The notes beneath the pieces are model-generated. The model worked only from the letters and a program-made list of their open reading frames with translations, was not told where the DNA came from and did no database searches. Of a stretch of 64,000 bases of DNA, positions 1 through 9,491 are shown piece by piece. This DNA comes from a virus, in IMG/VR virus record IMGVR_UViG_3300047160_007655, positions 6,780 through 70,779 of that record; one strand, 5' to 3'. The translations under genes and the position numbers were made by a program. Position 1 is the first letter of the stretch. Each line of letters opens with the position of its first letter.

Positions 1-1
1 C

Positions 2-61
2 AAACCGTATCTCACCTCAGACAAGAAAATCGTGAAAGGTCATCTGGTGCTCTCCAAATGA
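2..61 (+). CDS. 3' end of a plus-strand gene truncated by the window edge (KPYLTSDKKIVKGHLVLSK*)
   Basis: Open frame ending TGA at 59-61, converging on the end of the minus-strand arm. Confidence 0.4.
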   Translation, partial: KPYLTSDKKIVKGHLVLSK

Positions 62-69
62 CTCGTGGT

Positions 70-750
70 TCAAATCACTGGCTTCAATATTTGCGCGAGC
101 AAACGCCCGCCTCCGGGGCTCGGACCTGATGTTGGCGCCCCCGGCTGAGACTGTGCAATCCGGGCCGCCAGAAGCTTCTGCTGCACCTTAGAAGGAAGGG
201 GCGTGTTTGGCTCCTGCATCGCGCCAGTTGCCTGCTGCGGCGGCGTCTGGGGAGTCGGCAAAGCCGGTCCTGACGGCACTTGCATCCGACCCAACGCTGG
301 GTGCTTAGACGGGTCGCCGGTCCCTACTTCGTGGTCAACCTTGTTCCACGGCGGCGCAATAAGCTCCAGTTTGCCCATCTTATCGGCGGCCTGAATGTCC
401 TGCGGGTGCACGTAAAAAGAATTAAACACCACTCCGGTGTGGCCTGAGTGGCTTTTGTAAAAGCCAAACCCGGCCTGCTCCAACGCTTCCTTGTGCTCCA
501 CAATTTCCTTGGCAGCGTCTTGGTGTTTAAACTCCTCAATCGGCATCGAGACGGCCGCCGGGCTGCCTGCGATTAACGCTTGGATGGCCGGTCGCTTCAG
601 GAGGGCGGGCGGAAACGCCTGCGCCTGTTCCTGCGGAGAATCTACCGGCGGGGTGTTGGGATTGCCTTGTGCTGGCTGTGCCTGCGCTGGTTGTGTCGGC
701 GGCTGTGCCTGCGGAGCGGGCTGGACATCTGGCTGCATTGGTGTTGCCAT
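70..750 (-). CDS. Pro/Gln-rich hypothetical protein, probably late/virion
   Basis: 226-aa ORF directly preceded by the GTAACTATCT motif at 754-763. Confidence 0.75.
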   Translation of the reverse strand: MATPMQPDVQPAPQAQPPTQPAQAQPAQGNPNTPPVDSPQEQAQAFPPALLKRPAIQALIAGSPAAVSMPIEEFKHQDAAKEIVEHKEALEQAGFGFYKSHSGHTGVVFNSFYVHPQDIQAADKMGKLELIAPPWNKVDHEVGTGDPSKHPALGRMQVPSGPALPTPQTPPQQATGAMQEPNTPLPSKVQQKLLAARIAQSQPGAPTSGPSPGGGRLLAQILKPVI

Positions 751-759
751 AAAAGATAG

Positions 760-939
760 TTACTTGGATTCGCGCACTTGTCGCTTTTTAATTTTCGGCT
801 CTAGGCTGGATTCTTCCAGTTCCTTCAGCCGGGCCGAAAGCTCTGACTGAAAGTCATCGGTAGTGCGGGAGTGCGCGATGCGCGCCGACTGCTGCATCTC
901 GGGGGTGTAATGCGTCTTAGGGTTCAGCTTATTGTTCAT
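760..939 (-). CDS. 59-aa hypothetical protein (MNNKLNPKTHY...RESK)
   Basis: Read manually; its ATG overlaps the giant gene's TGA (ATGA) and its TAA lies inside the motif at 754-763. Confidence 0.55.
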   Translation of the reverse strand: MNNKLNPKTHYTPEMQQSARIAHSRTTDDFQSELSARLKELEESSLEPKIKKRQVRESK

Positions 940-3900
940 TGTCTTAGGTTACGGGGCTGTATATCAAATAGTCCGGCCTGCTCCATCGGCTTGGCCCGAC
1001 TTTCGGCCGCCTGCTTGGCAAGCCGCTGCTGGATGCCAGACTTGAGCATTTCAGTCTTCTGCATCTCTTTTCGAAAATCACCAAGGTCCAACCGGCCCCA
1101 GCCGTTGTCAGCCCATAGCTTCTTCTCTGCGAACCAGAGCGCCCCTTGGAGGGCATCCGGTTCGATGCCGAGCTTTTCGGCAGCATACCGGAACGCCTTT
1201 TGGCTGAAAGCAAAATCTGCATCGTTGACGCCTTTTCCGTTCTTCGGGAGAATGCGCCAGCGGTCCATGAAATCTGAATAGCCGAGCCGCCGCATCGTCC
1301 GGTCGGCCCACACATCCACGGTAGCCTCGTGGCCCGTCCCGAGGAGGTTCTTTACAAAGTTGAGAGTCTTCGGCCCAGCCGACTTTTCGAGCCATTCCCG
1401 GGCCAGTACTTGCAGCACTGCATCAGAGCTCACGCCGAATTTCTGCCCGTTACTCTGGCGCGGCAAAAGGCCGTGCTCGTGAATCCATTGAGCCAGATAC
1501 GTAGCCTCGCTAGGTGTCTTGGGCGGCTTGGCCACCTTCCCGGCGTCCACCTGTTTGTCGTACCACTTCGCCAGCTTTCCGTCCGCCAGCTTGTCTACGC
1601 CCTCCTGATACTTCTTCAGAAGCTTGTCGTACCGGCCGCTTTTGTATCCCTCAAGGGCGTCCAGTGCATAGGCATAGTTGCTATCCGGCGCATTCTGCGG
1701 AGATGTGGCGGCCAACAGCTCGGCCATCATCTGTGCGTGCTTGCCAAACATCGCCTTGAGCTTCGGCACAAAATCGGAATACCACTTGAGTCCGGAGTCG
1801 TACTCCGGCGTGCCCTCGTACTTGCGCGCCTCGCTCGCCAATCGGTCGCCAAATTCCTGCACCGCTTTTCCTTCGGAGCCCGCTTGTTTGTACAGCGGCG
1901 AGTTGACAATATCGGAGCTGACTTCGGGGTCTTGCCCGTTGACCTTGTTGAATACTACGGCTTCAGGAAAATGCGTCTTGAGTTCCGCGTTGGTCATGTC
2001 GGCCGCCTCGCGAGAGCTGAGCGCTTTTCGCGTGCCGATACCGGCGAGGCTGAGCTCTTCTGGTCTATTGGTTGGCGCGGGAATTCTTTTTCCAAAATCC
2101 AGCCCCATCGAAAAAGGCTCGCCGCCGGGGAGCTGCGAATAAAAATCGAGGTTCTTTGCGTCCTTGCCTACGACAGTGTTCTCATGTTTCGCCGGAGTCA
2201 GAGAGCCATCGCCGTACAATAGCCCCTTGTTGATTAGGACTGACTCTTGGCCGTACTTGTTGCCGTACTGCTGCGCCTCCTCGGGAGTCATCCCGGGCAC
2301 GAGAAAATTCCGGCCTTGGTCAACGCCTTTGTAGTAGCCGCGCACCTCGTGCGGATTGTAGCCATCTGCAATGAGAGCCTTTTCGAGGTTGTCATTGGCC
2401 GCCTCGTTCACATCGTTGTTGCCGGGGCCGAGGGATTCTTTGGTGGCCGTGACTATGGCCCAGTTGGGCTGCTTGAGCGCGGCCGGGAGAGACGTAGCCT
2501 CTTTGAAGTCGTCTGCTGAGGGCGCCGCCGCGATTCGCTCCGGCTGGCTAGAGGGCTTAAACTGGTGGAACGGAGGATACGCCGTATAATCAGAATATTG
2601 GGAATGGATTTTGACCGGCAGTTTCGTTTCTCCTGCCTCCGCAGCTTGAACGATTCGATGCATCCCATCTTCAACGATTGCTTTTCCGGTATTCGGGTTG
2701 TATGCAATAAGCGGCTCGCCCTCGGTCTTCGAGCCTCGTCCTGACCGAATATTTTGAAGCGTCACAGCATATGCGTTTTTTCCCACTGAAAGAGCTGAAA
2801 GTGGAACTGACACAGTAATAGGCTCGTTCCGGTCTACTCCTTGTCGCAATTTTTCTATAACATCCGCATTTAGTCCCTTTGGAGAAAATTGCACATCCTG
2901 CGGAATGGCCGAGGTAACCCGGGCCATCATGTGCCCGGTAGGCCCCTCGAATGTGTCGCTGACCGAAGTCGGCTCGCCAAAAAGGTTGCCCCTAATCCGA
3001 TTGATTTTCGGATTGATGACATCACCGGTTAGGTTCTTCACGCCGCGCTGCTGCAAATCGGTTGCGAGTTCCCGGTAAAGCGTGCTGGCTATTCCTTTGC
3101 CCTGCTCGTCTGGATTCACTCGGACGGAGCCTACAAAGGCATCATCTGGGCCTGTCTGATGGGCGTCCATTGAGGCCACGACTTTGCCCGAGGGGTCAGT
3201 CACCTCGTACGCCAACATGCCGGTTCCGTAATCGGTGCGATTGATTTTCAATCCGCGCTCTTCAAGGTCGCGCCCGGCCTGAGTCTTGGGCATGAACTGC
3301 TCGGTGGCCTTCATGGAGCGCACCGGCGTCTTGGTGAACTTCGCAACCGCGTTTGCGTCTCGATTCACATAGCCTTCAAATCCGGCTTGGTGAATCCGGT
3401 TCTCGTACATGGTGACGGCGGCCCGCGTGTCCATCGGTGCGTATCCCTGCGATTCGAGCTCAGACGATGTGGGATACAGCCCTTGCGGGTCCTCCTGAAA
3501 ATCATACAGCCGCCCCGAGCGAACCTCCGCCTTGTAGCGCAAGTCGCCAAGGCCCGGCTCTTTTTCATAGCCCTTTGTTCCGAGGTAAGTGCGAGGGACA
3601 TACAGCTCCGGGTAGTCCCGGCGCCGGGTCGCTTCGGCGCCTGCAATGCCAGTCCCGTGCATGGCGGGGTCCAGTTCCTTGAGCCCTTCCACATCGCTGT
3701 AATGAATGAGCGGCTCTTTCTTTTCTCCGGCCTTTGGTTTGAACTGGGCGCCGGTCTTGTCGACAACATCTATATTGCCCGGCGTTTTGGACTTGTCGTA
3801 ATCCTCGAAAACAGCTTTGTCGATGCTGTCATTATCCACGCCAGTGGCGCGCCAAGCGTCCAGCAGCTTAGTGCCACGGTAATGGGTGACGATTGCGGAG

Positions 3901-6900
3901 TTTTGGTCAGGAGCAGCAGCTTGTGCATCATGGAAACCAGACAAAAATCGGTCTTTGAACTCGTTAAAAGTCTCTCCGCCGGGCGGACGTTTATCTGGAT
4001 TGGCCGTTAGGTCGCGAATCTTCGGCAACATATCGGAGGTAGGCTTGCCCTCGATAGTCGGCCCAAAATTCCACGGCCTCAGCCGGTCATCCGAGGTGAT
4101 AGTGGCCCCGGGATTTTCTTTCTGAATCGCCCGAGCCGTTTCCATCGTCCGGTCAAGGTCAGATGAAAAAATCTGTTTGACCCCGCCCTGCTTGGCAACA
4201 TCGGTTGCCGCCGTAGCCGCCTCTGCCCGGCCCTTGTTGTCCAGAGGCACGTTGATGTGGCCCCGGATAAGGTCTTTGTCCGGGTCGGCATTGTTCATCT
4301 CGGTTGAACCGTGCCGGACAATGAATGTCTTTGGCCGGAATTGTTTTCCACCGGTCTCAATCAATCGCTGCGGATTAATCGTACCTTGCTTTTTTCCGAA
4401 ATTGTACGCTTCGAGCTGGTCGGCTTCGTCACTGTCTAACCGGGCCTCGCCTTGCTTAATTTGCTGAAGCTCCAGAGCGCGCTCGTACGCTTCACTGCGG
4501 TCCAAAAACTCGCCCTCGTTGGTGACAAAGCCGTCTACTAATCCCTCCGGGCGATTCATGGCGCCCAGCATCAAATCATCTTCGCTCATATCGGGATGTT
4601 TTTCCCGAAGGTATTCCATCGTTGCCTGAGCGTGAATCAGCCCCTCGTACATTTTGCCGGAGTCTTCATCCATCACGGCGGCCATCTTTACGGCGCGAGG
4701 ATTCTTGCTGGGCGCGAATTGCATGGTAGGTTCGCCAGCAAGTCCGGCGTTCCTCTGTTTCATGCTGTTGACCCGGTCTTCCAACTCCTTAAAAAGTTCT
4801 TCCGAAGGGAGCAGATTTTTTGGGTCCGCAAATTGTCTCTTCTCGAACGGCACAAAATCGGGGTCTCCTTTTACGGGCAAAGACCCATCAGCCCGGCGCA
4901 TGTGCCGTCCAGCAAAGTACCACGAGCTTTGCATCAAAAGCTCAGACATCAAAGCGCGGCGAGCTTCGGGCGAAAACAGTTGATAATGCGTAAGTAAGGC
5001 GTTGTACTCTCCACGGGGTCCAAACTCATTGCCTTCGGGCGTGTGACCGAAAAAGTCGTGAACGAATCTCAGAACTTCATTTACGTTCAGCTCATATCCG
5101 TGTCGAACAATGCCCGAGGGCGCTGTCAGGAGGTTATTCTGAATCTCTGGGGACGCCGCTTCCAATCCTCCGGCGGCGCCAAACTCGGTCGCTGTCGGGA
5201 GGAAATAAAGATGCTTGTTGTTGATGACATCGGCAACCATATCTCGGGAGCTCTTGTAAGGCTCGCCTTTGTTAGGCCACGGCTCAACATCAATGCCCGA
5301 GTCAATGATGCGCTGCCCTTGGTCTTTCATCTCTTGCAGCATCTGACGGTACCCCGCGATTACCTTCGGGTCATTGGGGGCGTGTGGGGTATCTTCCAGA
5401 TAATCCGCCAGCCGCATCAAATAATCCATCGGCACGGGCTGATTATTTGGCAGCACCGGCTTGGGAAGCCCTATAGATTCAGCGTAGTCATCCGACATTC
5501 TCGCCGCTTCGGGATTTCGAAGCCGGTCTCGCGCCGGGAGAGCCTGAAAAGATTTTTCCACTTCTGGTGCAGGAACAACCGATGCGGGACGGTCTTCTTC
5601 ACCACGCCGAGGCATGAATCCCGCCTGTAAGGTCAGGGTATTGCCTCCGAATTTCGTCTGCTCTCCGGCGTGCTCAGCATGAGCAATGTTTCGGAGGTTT
5701 AAACGCTGATACGATTCGAGCATCTCCGGCACATTTCCGAGCGCGGCGATTTCGTTGCGCAGAGGATTGACTTCCTGAACCTCGCGACCTTCAATACCCA
5801 AAGCCCTCGCTGCCCTGCCCTCGAACGAACCACGAGGCACTACCGGCGGTTGGACCCGGCCCGGGAGTGTAGCTTGAGAAACCTCTTGGCCCAGAATATT
5901 ACCGGGGACACGAGCCTCGCCAGTGGAAATGCGAGGGGTCTTGGGGAGCTGGCCGGTTCCAAACAGCATGGAGATAAAGTCGGCTTTACGCTGGTCAAGG
6001 GCGCCCGCACCCTCACGCAGAGGAGGCGCGTACGCTCCAGCTGCCGTTGCTTCGCGAGGAACAACGAGTGGAAGTCCGGAGCCAGTTCTTCCGGCCTGCT
6101 GATTACGAGTGAACGACTGCGTGTCATTTAAAAGCTCCTGCCATGCGGCGGGTGTCAGCTCGCCATTTTTGATTTCGTACGGCGCAAGGTCGGACCGGCC
6201 TTTCTGTCCGAGGAAAGCCGCGAGCCGGACAGCGTTGGCCGCGAAAACTTCGGGCACCCAACCGCCCCACTGCTTTTCGCCGTTTGCCAGCGAGAAAATT
6301 CGGTGCGGGAAAAATAGCTTGGGATAAAGGGCGCGTACGGAGTCGGGCAACGAGCGGTACGCTTCAATAATAGCCCGGCGGACCTTCCGAGACTGAACCG
6401 GCGCACCGGCGGGCTCATTGGGCGCGCTCCGATAGTCCACCTTGACGCCGGACTGCTGTCCCTGCGCTTCGGCTAACAGCCCGGAGACTTCACGCTGGGT
6501 CATCGTTGCGCCGGGCGCACGTTCATCCGGAACGCTGGCGTTGATTTGTGCGGTTTCTGCTGGTGGCTGCGGCGTCTGCGGCACTGGTGCGGGTCTTCCG
6601 CCGGTTGGCAGAATCGGAGGTTGCGCACCCGCCTGTGCTGGTTGCTCCCCAGTAGGGAGTGCCTGACGGATGCGCTCAATTGTATCGGCGCTTAGCGGCA
6701 GCCCGAGACCTTCGCTGGTTCGGCCTGCGAGCGGCTCTTGGCCGAAAAACTGCATGACTTGGCCGAGGGTCCGGGCGATTTTCTCCGGCATCTGTTTGCC
6801 GGGCTCAAGGGTTGGACCTGAGTGTTTAAACCACGCATCGAAATTTTCCGCGAGCTTTTCCCGAGCGATGTATCGGTCAGACACCGCTTGCTGCTCTTCC

Positions 6901-8975
6901 GGCGTCAGCACTGTGCGCCAGTCCACCGGTCCTTGCTGGGTGATGTTGTCCTTTATCTGCTGCTCGGTCGGCATTTCGCCGCCGGTCCGTTGAGCTTCCT
7001 GCGAGTACTGCAAGGCCGTCTGACGGTATAACTTCTCCAATGCCTCGGCTTGGCCCCAGCCTGATTTGTCCAGAACGACAGACCGCCAATCCGGACCCGT
7101 ATCCGAGCGGTTAAGCAGAGAAGCGTAATAGCGGCCAAAAGCATCCCACTGATTAGCATATTGATTTTTAACTGTGGAGTCTAAGTCGCGCAGTGTAGAT
7201 TCGCCGAGCACGTCTTCGAGGGCGTGAAAAGCCTCGTGCGGCGCGGAGCCGGGCTCCGTCACGACAATGACTTTCTTGGCGTTGCCGTTCTTATCGGTCA
7301 GCGTAGTTGTGAAACCGTCTTCGCTCGCGAGTTCGGCAGCTCGGTCCGCAGAAACCCCGGATTGCGTGAGAGCGTTTTGAATCTGTTCCTGATTGTCACC
7401 AACAAAGATTTGCGCATTGGGGTTTAAACGCTGCAAAAGCAGACGAGTCGCGTTGACGCGAGTTCGCTGGCCCGGCGTAAGCACGCCAAAAGCCGAATTG
7501 TGCATGTCCTCCAACGCAGGAAGGGACCCATCCGAGGGAATGGGATTATTTACATCGAAACCTCGCGGCGCGACAATCTGCCCGCTGATAACATGGCGCC
7601 CAACCTGTCTGGCCCCACCGAGGAGGCCGAAAGCCGTTCCCAAACCGACTGCGGCTTGGCGTTCCTGCGGAGTGTCTGCCCCAGCAGCTTGCCCAACGTC
7701 AAACGCCGCTCCCTTGGCGAATTCAGCAGCCGCTGTTGGTGAAGCTTGGACAATATCTTTGATGGCTTGTGCATAGTCGGATTTCATCGGGGCTTTACCG
7801 GCGACTTGCGCGCCCCAATCGGCAAAGTCATTGAATCCGGCTTGAGCTGCCTTGGCGGCAGTGGTGATGGGCTTGCTCACGAGTCGCCCGGCAAACCCTC
7901 CGCCAATCTCAGGCACTAATCCGGCGTGCTCGGCAACCGTTCCGAGAGCCTCCTGAGCCAAGGCCCCAGCGGCATGATGACCTGCGGCAATTCCAGCGGC
8001 GAGCGCCGCAGCGGGTCCAAATTTTTCAACTCCCTTTGCCGCCAGTGCGCCGCCTTTTCCAGCCACCTGCATAGTTGTCCCCACGCCTTTTTCGAGCGCG
8101 GGAGTAATTCGGGAGGCAAGGTCAAACTCAGGGAGTATGGTTCGTCCAGCGGCCCCGGCCAATCGAGTCGCACCGCCAATCGCTTCCCACGAAAATGGGT
8201 CGGTAAGTTTGGCCGTTTCCTCCGGCTGGACTTGCTGCGTTGGCTCTCCTCCGGTAATTGCTTGCGGGATTGGTCCTTGACCGGCGGCGATTTTACCGGC
8301 CTGCTCGTGCAAGGCGAGCGCATCGAAAAGGGCGTTGCGCTTGTCGTTGTCGTCATATTCGTCCAGCCCTTTCGTAATTCCGAGGCCCCGGCCTGCGGCT
8401 TTCGCGGCTTTGCTGGCGCCGGTAAGAAGCCCGGTCATGCCCTGCTCGATGGAGCTCCAAGCGGTAGCTAACGCTGAGCGACCGGCCGATTGCTCCTCTT
8501 CGGCGTCCTTTAGCTCCTCGGGAGTCGCGCCGGGCTTGGCTGCCTTACCAAGGCTATTCAACAGATTAATCGTGCCGCCAGTGGCTAGCGCGCCAAACCG
8601 ACCAAGCCCCGCAAAAGTGTGGGCTACGTTCTTGAGGCTCCCGCCGACCGTGAGACCTTTGTACCACGGTTGCTCGCGCAGCTGATGATAGGCGTCCGCC
8701 ACCTTATCAACCATCCTCGGGTCCGTTTGCAGGTCCGGCCGGGCGGCGAATTGGGAGACCAAATCAAACTTGTCGCCTGATTGAGTTGTCAGGTCGGCAA
8801 GGTCTTTCGCAGATAGAGAGAACGGGTCAACAGGTTTGCCATCCTCGCCGACAAGCTGTCCCGGCTGCACTTGAGGTGATGGCGCTGGTTGACTCTGAGC
8901 CTGCTGCCAGTATTGGCTTTGCTCTTCCGGCGAAACCTGAGCGGCTTGGCCGGTCTCTGCGTCTACAAACGGCAT
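936..8975 (-). CDS. Giant polyvalent virion/ejection protein: zincin-like HExxH region, HDxxGH domain, histidine phosphatase, ART-like, GNAT, ParB-like, DUF3293-like and DNA-glycosylase-like domains
   Basis: Motifs HEAFH..EKLAE; RFVHDFFGH; IVRHGST..FSSDLDRTMETA..PPGGETF..IVTH; VRVNPDEQGKGIASTLY; VEDGMHRI; LLAATSPQ..KTLNF..TVDVW; position at the end of the ejection-protein block. Confidence 0.85.
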   Translation of the reverse strand: MPFVDAETGQAAQVSPEEQSQYWQQAQSQPAPSPQVQPGQLVGEDGKPVDPFSLSAKDLADLTTQSGDKFDLVSQFAARPDLQTDPRMVDKVADAYHQLREQPWYKGLTVGGSLKNVAHTFAGLGRFGALATGGTINLLNSLGKAAKPGATPEELKDAEEEQSAGRSALATAWSSIEQGMTGLLTGASKAAKAAGRGLGITKGLDEYDDNDKRNALFDALALHEQAGKIAAGQGPIPQAITGGEPTQQVQPEETAKLTDPFSWEAIGGATRLAGAAGRTILPEFDLASRITPALEKGVGTTMQVAGKGGALAAKGVEKFGPAAALAAGIAAGHHAAGALAQEALGTVAEHAGLVPEIGGGFAGRLVSKPITTAAKAAQAGFNDFADWGAQVAGKAPMKSDYAQAIKDIVQASPTAAAEFAKGAAFDVGQAAGADTPQERQAAVGLGTAFGLLGGARQVGRHVISGQIVAPRGFDVNNPIPSDGSLPALEDMHNSAFGVLTPGQRTRVNATRLLLQRLNPNAQIFVGDNQEQIQNALTQSGVSADRAAELASEDGFTTTLTDKNGNAKKVIVVTEPGSAPHEAFHALEDVLGESTLRDLDSTVKNQYANQWDAFGRYYASLLNRSDTGPDWRSVVLDKSGWGQAEALEKLYRQTALQYSQEAQRTGGEMPTEQQIKDNITQQGPVDWRTVLTPEEQQAVSDRYIAREKLAENFDAWFKHSGPTLEPGKQMPEKIARTLGQVMQFFGQEPLAGRTSEGLGLPLSADTIERIRQALPTGEQPAQAGAQPPILPTGGRPAPVPQTPQPPAETAQINASVPDERAPGATMTQREVSGLLAEAQGQQSGVKVDYRSAPNEPAGAPVQSRKVRRAIIEAYRSLPDSVRALYPKLFFPHRIFSLANGEKQWGGWVPEVFAANAVRLAAFLGQKGRSDLAPYEIKNGELTPAAWQELLNDTQSFTRNQQAGRTGSGLPLVVPREATAAGAYAPPLREGAGALDQRKADFISMLFGTGQLPKTPRISTGEARVPGNILGQEVSQATLPGRVQPPVVPRGSFEGRAARALGIEGREVQEVNPLRNEIAALGNVPEMLESYQRLNLRNIAHAEHAGEQTKFGGNTLTLQAGFMPRRGEEDRPASVVPAPEVEKSFQALPARDRLRNPEAARMSDDYAESIGLPKPVLPNNQPVPMDYLMRLADYLEDTPHAPNDPKVIAGYRQMLQEMKDQGQRIIDSGIDVEPWPNKGEPYKSSRDMVADVINNKHLYFLPTATEFGAAGGLEAASPEIQNNLLTAPSGIVRHGYELNVNEVLRFVHDFFGHTPEGNEFGPRGEYNALLTHYQLFSPEARRALMSELLMQSSWYFAGRHMRRADGSLPVKGDPDFVPFEKRQFADPKNLLPSEELFKELEDRVNSMKQRNAGLAGEPTMQFAPSKNPRAVKMAAVMDEDSGKMYEGLIHAQATMEYLREKHPDMSEDDLMLGAMNRPEGLVDGFVTNEGEFLDRSEAYERALELQQIKQGEARLDSDEADQLEAYNFGKKQGTINPQRLIETGGKQFRPKTFIVRHGSTEMNNADPDKDLIRGHINVPLDNKGRAEAATAATDVAKQGGVKQIFSSDLDRTMETARAIQKENPGATITSDDRLRPWNFGPTIEGKPTSDMLPKIRDLTANPDKRPPGGETFNEFKDRFLSGFHDAQAAAPDQNSAIVTHYRGTKLLDAWRATGVDNDSIDKAVFEDYDKSKTPGNIDVVDKTGAQFKPKAGEKKEPLIHYSDVEGLKELDPAMHGTGIAGAEATRRRDYPELYVPRTYLGTKGYEKEPGLGDLRYKAEVRSGRLYDFQEDPQGLYPTSSELESQGYAPMDTRAAVTMYENRIHQAGFEGYVNRDANAVAKFTKTPVRSMKATEQFMPKTQAGRDLEERGLKINRTDYGTGMLAYEVTDPSGKVVASMDAHQTGPDDAFVGSVRVNPDEQGKGIASTLYRELATDLQQRGVKNLTGDVINPKINRIRGNLFGEPTSVSDTFEGPTGHMMARVTSAIPQDVQFSPKGLNADVIEKLRQGVDRNEPITVSVPLSALSVGKNAYAVTLQNIRSGRGSKTEGEPLIAYNPNTGKAIVEDGMHRIVQAAEAGETKLPVKIHSQYSDYTAYPPFHQFKPSSQPERIAAAPSADDFKEATSLPAALKQPNWAIVTATKESLGPGNNDVNEAANDNLEKALIADGYNPHEVRGYYKGVDQGRNFLVPGMTPEEAQQYGNKYGQESVLINKGLLYGDGSLTPAKHENTVVGKDAKNLDFYSQLPGGEPFSMGLDFGKRIPAPTNRPEELSLAGIGTRKALSSREAADMTNAELKTHFPEAVVFNKVNGQDPEVSSDIVNSPLYKQAGSEGKAVQEFGDRLASEARKYEGTPEYDSGLKWYSDFVPKLKAMFGKHAQMMAELLAATSPQNAPDSNYAYALDALEGYKSGRYDKLLKKYQEGVDKLADGKLAKWYDKQVDAGKVAKPPKTPSEATYLAQWIHEHGLLPRQSNGQKFGVSSDAVLQVLAREWLEKSAGPKTLNFVKNLLGTGHEATVDVWADRTMRRLGYSDFMDRWRILPKNGKGVNDADFAFSQKAFRYAAEKLGIEPDALQGALWFAEKKLWADNGWGRLDLGDFRKEMQKTEMLKSGIQQRLAKQAAESRAKPMEQAGLFDIQPRNLRQ

Positions 8976-8978
8976 ATT

Positions 8979-9485
8979 TTATTGCTGGGTAGCTCGCTGC
9001 TTAGCGAGCCGGTCAAGAGCCTCGGTAGCAGGCATCTCAACATTGACGGGAGCGCGGTTGGTGGCATTCGCATCCAAAGCAGCAGACCGGGCAGCCCGCT
9101 TCATCGCATCAGTCGCAGGGAGCTGGGCTTTCATGGCTCGAATGTGCGCTTGTGCTCGTTGAGCGTCGGCCGCTTGCATTGCCAAATCGTGCAGCTTGTC
9201 GTGAGAATAATTTGTTCCCGAAGCAACCATTGCATGTGCTTGATTCATCGCGTTGGTATAATCCGAGTTTGCCTTGTCCGCAGCATCCGACAACTTTTTG
9301 TGCCGTGCCTCAAGCTCTTTTTGCGTCTCAACTTTCGGCACCTCAACGTGCGAATCTATATTGTTGGGATTGAGCGGATTTAATGGATTAATCAACTGCA
9401 TCGGATTCAGCCACTGGTCCGGGCGGCTCATAATGCCCGGATGGGCTGGGTTTGAATCAAACTCGTCATCATCGTTGTATGGCAT
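8979..9485 (-). CDS. Hypothetical protein, probably internal virion
   Basis: 168-aa Ala-rich helical ORF tightly packed in the late operon. Confidence 0.7.
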   Translation of the reverse strand: MPYNDDDEFDSNPAHPGIMSRPDQWLNPMQLINPLNPLNPNNIDSHVEVPKVETQKELEARHKKLSDAADKANSDYTNAMNQAHAMVASGTNYSHDKLHDLAMQAADAQRAQAHIRAMKAQLPATDAMKRAARSAALDANATNRAPVNVEMPATEALDRLAKQRATQQ

Positions 9486-9491
9486 AAAAAC

